Of a stretch of 64,000 nucleotides of DNA, positions 1 to 11,085 are shown piece after piece (position 1 is the first letter of the stretch; each line of letters starts with the position of its first letter). Below the pieces are notes generated by a model, which saw nothing but the letters and a program-made list of their open reading frames with translations, searched no databases and was not told the DNA's origin. Source of the stretch: Daphnia carinata (Eukaryota). The position numbers and the translations under genes were made by a program. The stretch is taken from contig NC_081331.1 in NCBI RefSeq assembly GCF_022539665.2, positions 6,200,001 to 6,264,000 of the forward strand, given 5' to 3'.

Positions 1-1405
1 GCTGCTTGTCCTTGCGGTGTTTGCAGGAATAAATAACGCAGCTTTCTTGAAAGTTGTTAATATTTCTTGTAAATCCAATCAACCCAAAAATCAAACAACT
101 GCTGTTAACGTTACCCGTACGAATGAGAACATAACACTATAAAAACACGACAGCAAAAACTAATCTTGATTTTCACTTTAAGGAATTGTCGGTGGAACAT
201 GGGCTAAAAGAGGGGCTTACCCTTACCAGGTAAAAATTCAAAATCCTTTATTATCCAGAATACTTATTATGCACTATTCATTGCCATACAGGCAGCCATA
301 TTTGTAAAGAACGAGTTCAGCTGCGGAGGTACACTGCTTGATGGTGGATTACATGTACTGACAGCTGCCCACTGCTTGTTACCGTAAGCACGTTATGAAA
401 ACTGCCTTCTGACATTCTACGAAACTAAAATTTCGATTTCCCGTGAATTTATGGCCTTTCAAATTATATAGGCTAAAAAGGGAGGCCGGATTGTTGACAT
501 TATATTTCCGAACTACTGTCTTGAAGCCGCTGGATGCAAATCACATTGTAAGGAAAGTGACTAAGTACGTGATTCACCCTGATTATAATGGGACTACGTT
601 TGTAAGTGCTTAAACAAATTCGTTTACTGAAATCACTGCGATAATACGAGTTTTGCAGGAAAACGACCTTGGTGTTATCACTCTGTCCGAACCGGTCATG
701 GAAATCCGACCAACACGACTTGAGGCTGTCGTGTCTGCAAACAAATCTTATGTAGGAAAAGAAGCTACTGTTATCGGATGGGGTCGAACACGACAGGTTT
801 GTACGGTTCAAGCACCGCTTAGCTAACCCCCCCCCCCCCCCCCCCCTTAAACAATTGTATTCTTTTGTTTTACTGTTTACTATTTCGCCGATGACAGGTT
901 TTGCATCCAGCAATATCTTCTGGGGCTGCTTCTAACAATTTACGACAGGTCAATGTCACTATCCTCGACGCAAACGATTGCTCCATCTTATATTACAATG
1001 ATTACGTTCTTACGGATGGGAAACGCCTATGTGCATCCACCTTATTTGGAAAGAGTATTTGCCAGGTAAACTTGATGGCGTTTCACACATTTTTCTGACA
1101 AAATTTGTTCATGATCAACTATATACGAAAAGGGTGACAGTGGCGGTCCATTATTGATTGATGGAGTTCAAGTGGGAATCAATAGCGCTGCAGCAGGATG
1201 TGCTGATCCGTAAATAGCTCTCTCTTGTTTTTGTTTTGAGAGGTGAAAGCAATTGCATTATGGATTTTTCTCTAACAGGCGATTCCCTGCACTTTTCATC
1301 CGCGTCGGTCCCTATGTTGACTGGATCAAAAGTACGATGGTCGCTAGCTCTCCCAACTCGCTTTTGCCAACAGGAGAGGTAATATTAGACTTAGATCGCA
1401 AATAA
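1..1405 (+). CDS. S1A serine protease, chymotrypsin-type, 5'-partial, multi-exon
   Basis: Spliced translation gives a hydrophobic leader (LLVLAVFAG), an R-IVGG activation site (exon 1 ends 116, exon 2 starts 183), CGGTLL...LTAAHC (His), ENDLGVI (Asp), GWG and GKSICQ|GDSGGP (Ser). Residue 189 is Ser rather than Asp, so it is not trypsin-type. Stop TAA at 1403-1405. The start codon lies upstream of the window. Confidence 0.93.
827..846. repeat. C20 homopolymer in a protease intron
   Basis: 20 consecutive C residues read directly, inside intron 797-897. Confidence 0.95.
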
Positions 1406-2230
1406 GTGAGGTAACCTGGACGTTGGCAAAATGCAATAGAACTGAGCAATGTTGATTTCTTATTACGGTTGGCCCCATCTATTTTGGGCATTCACTCCAA
1501 GTAAATTAATGGAATTCGTTAAAGAATAAACTGAATGTGAAAACTAAACTGTCACTGGCTTTTCAAAACAGACATTATCTGCTTGACGTTGGTCTGCTAT
1601 CGACAGTGGGGGTTCTATATGTAAGGTGGGCGATTTATATATTGCACTTTTATGCGTCAATAAAAACTATACGTAGGATGCAATGGCAAAACTGAAAGAA
1701 AAGTTCATTCGCTTACCATTTGCGTGATCTTGGAGACTGCTACAAGGGATAGAATTTCGAATGCGCGTCAACGAATTGAAAATTCTTACGTAACAACATG
1801 TCTGAGATACACTGTTTCTGAAACTCGGCTTTGGCATCGGTTACCTTGCTTTGAGTATATTCTTCTTTTATCTTACGCAATAGATATTTTGAAAAAGACA
1901 AACTTTATGTACTTTTTTTGTTTTTTGGTTCATTGGGATCTTGATCATTAATGAATCTATGAGATTTACTAACAAGGAGGCAACACGAAGTTACCAACAC
2001 AACAGGCGCCAGCAGACAATTTCGACAGACGCTGTTTAGTATTCCTGGCATAGGGGTAGAGGTTTTGTTGTGTCCATGAGAATAAAAACTCAGAAGCTCA
2101 AAAAAGCTGCACTTGTTAGATCATAAGTTTGTTGAGAAGCTCAAACTAGTCCTAATTTCACCCTAAACATCGTGTTTGCTAGTGCAAAAGTGATACCTTC
2201 TTGAAGCTGCTATACAGTTACACTAAGGCA

Positions 2231-3084
2231 ATGACTACTCAAGCTAATTTCGAGCAAAACTTCAAGGAATTAAAAAATCGATTAAAGTTGATATCGGACG
2301 CTGACCCGGATCAGGTACTTAATTGATTAATACTATTGCATTTACACCTTAAGTAACTTTGTCTTGTATCTAGTACCATAATGACCACTCACTTACACGG
2401 TATTTAAAAGCTTTTAAGACTGTAGATGCAGCATTTCAGGTATTATAGTACTAAAGAATTTTAAGACCTAAACATAGCATTTTGTAACTGAATGCTCTTG
2501 AAGGCCATCTTGAAAACCAACAAGTGGAAAAAAGAATACAATGTTGCAGCTCTAACAGAGGAACACCCAACTGTTAAGAACAATTTGGCTTTGAAAAAAG
2601 CTAGAGTGCTTCGACACAGGGATATGCAAGGGCGGTCAGTCATTTACATTCCTGCAAAAAACCATAGTGTAAATGATAGGGAAATAGATGAACTCACTCA
2701 GTTTATTGTTTTCTGTCTAGTAAGAATGATTCATATTATTGGTGAACTTGTGTACTAAATGAAAATTTTCTTTAGGAAGAGGCCTCCAAGAAGTCATTTG
2801 AAGATGTTATAGACAACTTTTGTATTGTCTTTGATCTCAAGAACTTCTCATTAACATGCATGGATTACCCTCTGATTAAAAATATCATTTGGCTGCTAAG
2901 TCGCCACTATCCTGAACGCCTGGGAGTGTGTCTCATCTATAATGCCCCTACAGTTTTCTCAGGGTGCTGGGCTATTATAAAAGGCTGGCTTGATGAGAAT
3001 ACATCAAGCAAAGTCACCTTTGTAAATTCAGAGGAGGATCTGTGCCAGTATCTGATACCTGACATACTCCCATCTGACATGTAG
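2231..3084 (+). CDS. CRAL-TRIO (Sec14-like) lipid-binding domain protein
   Basis: Exons 2231-2314, 2374-2439, 2504-2719 and 2776-3084 join in frame. Motifs: SLTRYLKAF, HRDMQGRSVIYI, IVFDLKNFSL, HYPERLGVCLIYNAPTVFSGCWAIIKGWLDENTSSKV. Confidence 0.9.
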
Positions 3085-3842
3085 GGAAGCCAAAAAGACT
3101 ACTGCTGCACGAAAGATCTGTGAGATGGCCACGTCTCGAAGTTGAAATTATAAATTTCTAGGTAAAATGAATGATTTTTTTTTAACCTTGCTTATTTGAT
3201 AAAGTTGCATGTTGTCACACACCCATATGACCAAAGCTTATGGGGCTTTAAGCTTCAATTCCTTCCTAAAATGGTAACTTGACACACCCCCTCCTACCCT
3301 AACTGTTGTGAAACAAACTTTTGTTAACCCATTTGAGATTATTTTTCCCTGAAATTTGCTGTTACTGTCTGCCTTGGACAATTGACTGCCAAAAATATTT
3401 CAACCAAGGAATGAAATAGAATCATATATATTTACCACAATACACAGCCGTACAAATAAAAAATAACGGCAGTATATGTTTACCGTTGATTTTTCATGGA
3501 AGCAACAATGACGAAGGGCGTGTCAACAAAGTATACTTTCAATACCTTGAACAATTTATTCTTATATAATTAAACAGCGACAAAGGCCAACACACAGAGT
3601 ATGCCTACTTCGAAAATAAAACATTGATCAAAAACGAGTTGTTAAAAATGGGCGCGCGATGTACCAAAACAACGAGGCGATCTGATCCATCGCTTTCTCC
3701 ATGTTGAAAGCTCTCCCTCATCACACATTAGCCTTTACTTCCAAAGGCTCATTGCTACTTTAGTTCAATGAATAAATAAATTACAGCGTAAAGAGAAGGT
3801 AGTAAAAAATTGCGATACTCCTAGCTAACGAAGGAACGGCTT

Positions 3843-6800
3843 TCAAGTCTTGTTTTTGTTGCGCTTGACGAAACTGGGAAATTGGAATCGTTGCTTCTTT
3901 CGTTTGCGATTCTCGTCGTCGTTGGATGGGATGCTCGAGTCAGTTGACACGTTCTCCTCCTGTCCGCTTTCGGCTTCCGCCTGCTGTGCCAACTGGAAGG
4001 TCACATCCAGTGCTGACTCGGAATGCGAGTTCTTTGCCAAGATAAAAAGATGTTTACTAAGGTTTAGAATATGAAATTTCAAAATATCAACACTTTTCCA
4101 ATAAACCAACCTTAAAAACTGGTGCATCATGGCAATCCTGTGAAGCTGTTTTGATTGGAAAGCTTAACCGCGAATTGAATTTGGTGGGTAACAGGGGACT
4201 CTTACCTTCCAAACCTTGATTCAGAGGTACAGTCGCTACTCTGAATATCGCACAGCAAAAGGAAACATTTGACCATAATTACATTTGTTATTCTAGACAA
4301 ATAGAAAAGTTAAGGGTTACTTTTCCGTTGGTAGTAGAGTTTTTGGGACGACCCCTGGGCTAATCTGACAATCGGTTTTGGGAAGAGTGGTTGGTTTGAT
4401 AGGAGCAACATTAGGTGGAAATACTGTCCGAGATGGAATGGTGGTATCCTCCTCACCGTTCGTTCCAACGGAAATGATTGATCCATCAAACGCAGAATCT
4501 TTACTATCTTCTCGTTGCTTTAGACGTTGACGGACGGCAGAATCTCCACTAACCAGAGGCAGCGCAGGCGTTTTAGGCAACTCCGAAAGTGAGACCGATT
4601 GAGATACCGGTCCATTGCCTGTAAGAAAAAAAAAATTTACTTTAAGGAAACTTCCACACACTGCTTGACACAAATTATGTTTGCGTAGTTAGAAGTACAA
4701 AAGCTAAGCCCTAAGCTGCACGTAAAACACAGGAAGGAAATAAAGGAAACAAATGTTTGCGACTGGACACTACCGTGACTGTTTATGAGGGCGGATGCTG
4801 ACTCCAGCGAAATACTGCTTTCGCGCTTAAGTAGGGGATATTTCCTATTGTGGGCAGGCTGGCTGGAACGGCTACCATTGCTGTTGTTATTTCGCCCATC
4901 CGAAAAGGGCAGGAGAGCGGCGGCAGTGGCGATCGGTGGGCCGGCAGCTGAGGTGAGGAAGACAAGAGTAGATGTCGATACTAATTGCTTCAGGGCTGCA
5001 TTGCGTTCGATGGGAAAACCAAAAACGAATAACCCAATCACCGAGGAAGAACAAAGCACGATAGGTAGTGACACAAAGAAAACAATCTCCCTCAACAACC
5101 AAACCAAACCAAACGAGGGAAAAGCGAGGTTGAAAACAGACAAGGAGAAAAAAGCGATATTATGAGCTATGAAAAAGACAAAAAAGCCGACAATGTCTGC
5201 GATTACAATGGTCTGTACCTGTGCAAGAGCTGACTATACTGCCCGCGTCGTCTATATCTTCGTCGAAGGTTCCACCGTGACGAGCTAGTATCAAGTTGCG
5301 TCACCCAAATGCTTTATTTAGAATCAGGCTTTTAAACAGTTTTTTTAGTTACAGTGATTGAAATGGACGAAACGTGAAGAGTTCATTCCGCTCCGCAGCA
5401 AAGTTTCAAGATAGCTCAGTCCTGGATTGGTAGAAATAGGAAAGCCGCAAAGCGATTCAATCTGCCTCCAGCGCGTAGTTCGCTCTTGCAGGTCTTGTTT
5501 GACTTCCATCAAGGACGATCTTGCGATAAAAATAAAACAAGTGAAAAATGCTTGAAGGCTGTGACAGCACAAACAAGGCAGTGATACCTGGCTTCTAATA
5601 TACTTTTATCGACATCATCGATTGTGCGTCCGTGAGTAGATACAAAAGAAGCGACAAAGCTCGATCGTTTCCGGTTCAGTTTTTCACACTAAAAGCGAAG
5701 AAAAAAGAAAACAAGGTTATAAAACTAACGAAAAAATGTTAACGCTATTACGGCATCTTTGGCTTGTTCCAGCTGTTTTTCCGCCTGCAATCGTTTTTTG
5801 TTATAAACACGTTGTTCCAGTTCGTAGGTCAACTGCAACCAATGCTGAAGATCAGGAGGAGGAGTCCAGCACAGCCTGTCCTCCAGCTCGCCTTCTGCTC
5901 GTTGCAACTCTCCGCGCAGGATGTCGACTTCCTCCCTAAGACGTCTGAGTTCAAGTTCCGCCAGTGGGTCGGCTTGATACAAACTAGCTGTGCTGCCTCG
6001 CACCTCCTCCTCCAGCTTCCGTTCCAACTGTTGTTTTTCGGAAAGCGTGATATTTTGCTCCTCGCGGGCGTGATGTAACTTAACCTATGAAAGAAATACC
6101 GTCAAAACAAACCCGATACTTAAAAAAAAAATTAAAATTTGTTTATATCCAACTTGAAGTTCTTGGAGCTCCTTTTCTGCTGACGACAGGATTTCCATGT
6201 GTTCCATCAATTTGTTAAGGTGTTGTTTCGAATGACGGTTGCTTTTGTACGTATAAAGAGCCCCAGCTAAAGCGAGGATCAACAACGTTACAAGCGTAAT
6301 GTCTTTGACGTAGTTGGAGCTGTCCTTCGGCGAGCCGAATAAGACCACATCCATCGCTTTAACCGCAATTTTCTGCCGATGGATGGGATCCTTGATGCCG
6401 AGCACGCCCGAAATGTATTGCACATTATTCACAGCTAGCCTACGGAAGAAGAGAAGTCGAACAACTTTCAAAAAGCCGGTAACATGCCCAAAAATGGTGT
6501 TAGGGGAACTGTTAATCACCTAGGTAATTTGGTACCGTCAATGCCGTGTTGCTGGAACTGGGAGACGTATTGTGGCAGCTGTACAAAATGACTCAGCCAC
6601 TCGGTAGTTTGCTCGATTGTCCAGTTGTGCACCTCAGAGCGGGTCCAAATGTCCCACAGCTCACGGACCGAAATGTGCATATCATCGTCGCGATGGAAAG
6701 CCTTTTGTCGTCGCTCGTGCCCGCCCTCATAGTGCAACTCCTCACGTAGGAACTGCACATTGCCGAAGAAAACAAACGTGAGGATCAATCCGGCAAAGGC

Positions 6801-8347
6801 AAGCGTGGTAAAGATCAACATTCTCTGACACACAATCGAAATTCTATCCAACGTCCATTCTTGAATTTGGCACGAGTCTTTTTCGTGACTGATTGAAAAA
6901 TACAAGCGTGGACAGAGTGATCAATAAGACGACTTGTACCGAGCTAGCGCCCAGCTAGGACTAAAAATAAAGTAACAAATTTTAAAATCTTTTCACGCGC
7001 CCCGGAACTACGTTAGTTGGGCAAGTCGCCAGATGAAGGGATGAAAAAGAAAAAAGAAGAAAATATAAAACCTACGCGGGAAACACCTCTGTTTTTGACT
7101 TCCCACAGCTCAAAATTGAATCTCTTACAATTAGCAGTCGGTAGGTATCAGACGCGGGTGGCCAAAAATGTTGATAATAAACGTTTGGTTCCGTGCTGTT
7201 TAGCTTTCGAATCATGATTTAATCTTATTAAGATGCCTCATAAATTTTCATCTATTCTGGTATCGTTACGTAAATGGTCTGAATGGAGAGAAACGATGCA
7301 ATGCGGGTTGCATATTCTTAAATAAACACAACAAGGTCGGGACGCATGGCGTGATGTTTCGGTGTCTCGCTCTCATTCTGGCTCCCCAGCTAAAACCACG
7401 CGATAAACTAGTTTAATGATCAAATAACACAATTATTCAAAATTTCTCTTTCCGCATCTAACGGTCTTCTGCATGTACTAACGCGGCATTATCAACACTC
7501 AAAGCATTTTTCTAATCCCGGTTACAGCACATCAACGAGACCTACGCATCCTGCTGATAAGAGCTCCGCAAAAACACCACTTTCCACTTCGAAGTCATAT
7601 CAGTCGATTTCCGTTTCACTTAACAAAAGAACAAAATTGTATTTTACGTACCTCATCAGATTCCGAAAGGTCGATGTTACCATTTGCGTCGTCATCCAGT
7701 TTCCCGTGCAAGGTGCGTATAGCTTCTAAATTGAGACGCTCCGTTTCGGATAATCGAGCGGCCAAACAGGAGTATTCGTCGTGGCACGGTTCAATGTCAC
7801 CTGTTTGATAAACGTAGAGATATCACGTGTTATTAGACATACCAGTGACGCATACACTATCAGTCAGGTCGTGTAGACTCTTCCATCAGACACACATACA
7901 CACACACAAAAAAGAGAGAGAAACAGACATCCTTGGCCTCTTTCTCTTCTGTTCTGTTTTCAAGGTGGCTAAGACATTCCATTATAAACTCCTAGGCAAC
8001 TCACAGCATGAAAAAAAACAAACTGAAATGTCTGTACACCATTTACATCAGATACATTCTCTAAATCTTGTACAATTGATTTTGTCTGCTAGGTAGGATT
8101 AGATGAAACACTTTTAGGGTGTTAAGTTTAAGTGGTACTTATGCATAGCCATACCTTGTGTGTATGGTTTCCAGATGTTGACAGCCAATGGAACATTTAT
8201 TACATCATTCTTAATCTTCTTGGGCGATGATTCTGAACGAATAGCATATGCTTTTTCGCCGTGAACACCGAAAGTGATCACTAACACAAGGCAAAGGATA
8301 TTAATCAAACATTCACTTAAGAAATATCTGAAGTGTGTTTTCCCCAT
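3843..8347 (-). CDS. Stim: Stromal interaction molecule (ER Ca2+ sensor, Orai activator)
   Basis: ATG at 8347 with a hydrophobic leader. EF-hand DDDANGNIDLSESDE|FLREEL, SAM domain EVHNWTIEQTTEWL...GTKLPR, DPIHRQKIAVKAMDVVLFG, a TM helix, CAD/SOAR segment PPDLQHWLQLTYELE...RRSSFVASFVSTHG and a basic C-terminal tail RKRKKQRFQFPSFVKRNKNKT. Confidence 0.96.
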
Positions 8348-8791
8348 ATCGGAGAACGAATCGTCGGAACTAACAGCTGGATCATATATCACAAAGCCCA
8401 AGTACCGAGCAAGTTGGAATCGAGAGGAGAATTCACAAGAAATAGAAACCGTTCATGGCACATCGGACGGGAAAACCACTAGACATCAACTCATGAACTA
8501 GCCAACGTAGTCTTTAGTCACTGGTTGCCAACACAGAAGACTGCCATCTAGCGCTAGTATTTTCACCTCTTGCCCTTCGTAGCCACCTGGTTTTAATTTA
8601 ACCAACAAAAAATAATCAACCACAGACTATGCCAAAGAATTGGAATGAAAATTTATATAAATTTGAAATATGATAATTCTTTTTCGTTATGATTATTTTA
8701 TGTAAAAAATTTTATGCAGTAAAAATAAAGTAGCTTTTTTGGAAGATGTTTTAAAACTACAATTTGGTTAGCATCACAGAACAACCGGCAG
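8348..8791. promoter_or_regulatory. Probable bidirectional promoter (Stim / F-box gene)
   Basis: Head-to-head start codons about 445 nt apart (8347 on -, 8792 on +). Contains CTGCCATCTAGCG at 8541-8553. Confidence 0.55.
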
Positions 8792-11085
8792 ATGGCAACT
8801 GCTTGCAGTTTGTTGTCAGCCTTAACATGTGATATTACCAAAATTCAAAATTCCACTTTAACTTCCCTCATAGCTTCATGTACTGCTTACAAAATATGAC
8901 AATATTTTCCTTTTGAACTGATCACTTATTTCATTGTAATGAACATGAATGCTAATGCAATGATTTGGCCTTTTGGTATCCTTAATCCCATGCTGTTATT
9001 GGTAACACTAGTAATCTGTGCATCTCTTTCTTTACAGACAATCAGAAGATTACAAACACAATTTTTGGGTATCTGGACTGCCAAAGTTTGAGGATAGCTG
9101 AGCATGTTTGCTTACAATGGAAGATGGCTATATATGATGGACACTTGTGGGAGAAAGTTTATAGAAGAAATGTAAACCTTTATACTGAAAAACTCTGTAG
9201 AATGAATTGTAGAAAATTGTTTTTCACTACAAAGCTAGCCACAATCTCCCTAAATGTAAGGATGTATTTTTGAAAATCTTATAATATTTCTGTCTACAGA
9301 TGCAGTTGCCAGATTGGAAGAAATTGGAGCAAGTACTAAAACTCAGAAATCCTGGTTTATTTCCTTTTCCCTCTGAGTTTGTAATCAACAATTATAAAGA
9401 AGCCTGCTGCCACATGGAAGATACAATAAAGGTTTTCTTTTAAATAATGAATACCATTGCTGAAAAAAAAATTAATTTAAAGGACACCCCCTGAATTATA
9501 CAGGGACTTGAGAGGAAATGGACAAAAGGAATTTATACCATCTCAAACTACAAAATGGAACTTACACCCCCAAAAAAAAAGAACCAGTGAACCTATTTAC
9601 TTTTCCATGAGTGCGAGTTTGATGGTGAGAGTTTCGCCAACTGGTCGAATCAGCACGAGAAACCGATGGGCACCAGAAGAGGAACAAGTAAGCTATATGA
9701 GAGCTATACAAATCAATCCTTAATGCAAACAACACGACTTTCTGAAATAGATTGCTCATCTGTTACCGAACAAAAACATCCCAATCGATAATTTTGACCT
9801 GCATCCTATCATCAAGTCAGTTCAGTTTAATGGTGATACTTTCGCTGCAGTTGGTCTTGTCGGCACTAGGAAGATTTTATTTTTATTCAATGTTAAAGAA
9901 CACGCAGATCCTCTGCTGGTAAAACTTTTGGTATGGCATTCCCATCCACACGTTGTAATCATTCTATTCTAACAGTTACGGTGCTCAGCATGGAGAGGGA
10001 TTGAAAATACAGCTGCCGATTCAAGTTACACTTTTAACCCAGAAAATTGCATTCGTTTGAAAAACGACGTACTTGTGCTTTGCGGCAAGAAGGTCAGTGG
10101 TTCTCCAACAGATGTGATTCAACTGTTTTAGCGTTCAACTTTGTCGTAAATTTTTGTTTTTCAAGCAAAAAAAAACGTTTTCAATCTTGTCACAAATCAA
10201 ACAGTTTCTTACGTTTCGTTTTTGATAAAAAATTTAATTTATTGCGCTCACCCGATTTTGCAGGTAGCAGGTTTTTCAACGGTAGTCTCCTTGATGAATA
10301 CGAGAACAAAAGAATCTATGTATCAGAACCTGGAGGTCACAAGCCGTGTAGGGCAACTGTCGGATTTCACGCTTGACGACTGGCGCATTATCCTTTTTTT
10401 CGGCAGAAAAGAAAATCCACGTCTACAACAAGTGGATCGGTATATATTACAAATTCGCGACTTGGCTTCCTTTATGCTGCTCAAATCCTTTGTGCTTCCC
10501 ATTACTCGTTCCCGCGTCTGCCATTTTGACTATTCAAACGGACTCGCCGTCACAGGATCAAACGATAGCCCCATAAGGTCAGTTGAAATTAATTCAACCG
10601 ATCACGGGACTAATATGGCTCAATTGGGTTAGGATATGGAATGTAGTTAATGGAACTTGTGATGGGGACTTTTCGCATGGCGGAGACAGCCTTTTCGCAT
10701 TAAAGTATGTAAATTCAAAAATTTATTCCCATTTCTCATCTTAGCCGGATTCCTTTGATATAGAATCATCGCGGATAGACTTATAATCACGTGTGACCAC
10801 CAGGGTATAATCAAGTTATGGAACTTAAAGGCAGCAACCGACCTGGCCAACCGAGACAATCCATCTCGTCTGTTGCTCCGAACCCTGGATTCCCTGCCAT
10901 CCCCGTACAAATTTCGCAGAGTCAAAACGTTAGCTATGCAAGCCGACGAGTTCCAGGTAGCGCTAATTCTTCAACACGATACCAAGCGCCCACAGATGTA
11001 TTTAATGGATTTTTTAGCAAGTGTGCTTAATGATGAAGAACTCGAAAAGAAAACAAGACAAGTTGGCGAAAGCCGTCAGCTATAA
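8792..11085 (+). CDS. Divergent F-box/WD40 protein (beta-TrCP/Slimb-like) with an apparent 1-nt frameshift; possible pseudogene
   Basis: F-box exon 9038-9171 (TIFGYLDCQSLRIAEHVCLQWKMAIYDGHLWEKVY), linker GLERKWTKGIY, WD-like segments LAVTGSNDSPIR|IWNV and IITCDHQGIIKLWNL, and a C-terminus LLRTL...QADEFQV...YLMDFL resembling beta-TrCP. Exon 9504-9687 is 184 nt, one too many, at the A9 run 9572-9580. Confidence 0.8.
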
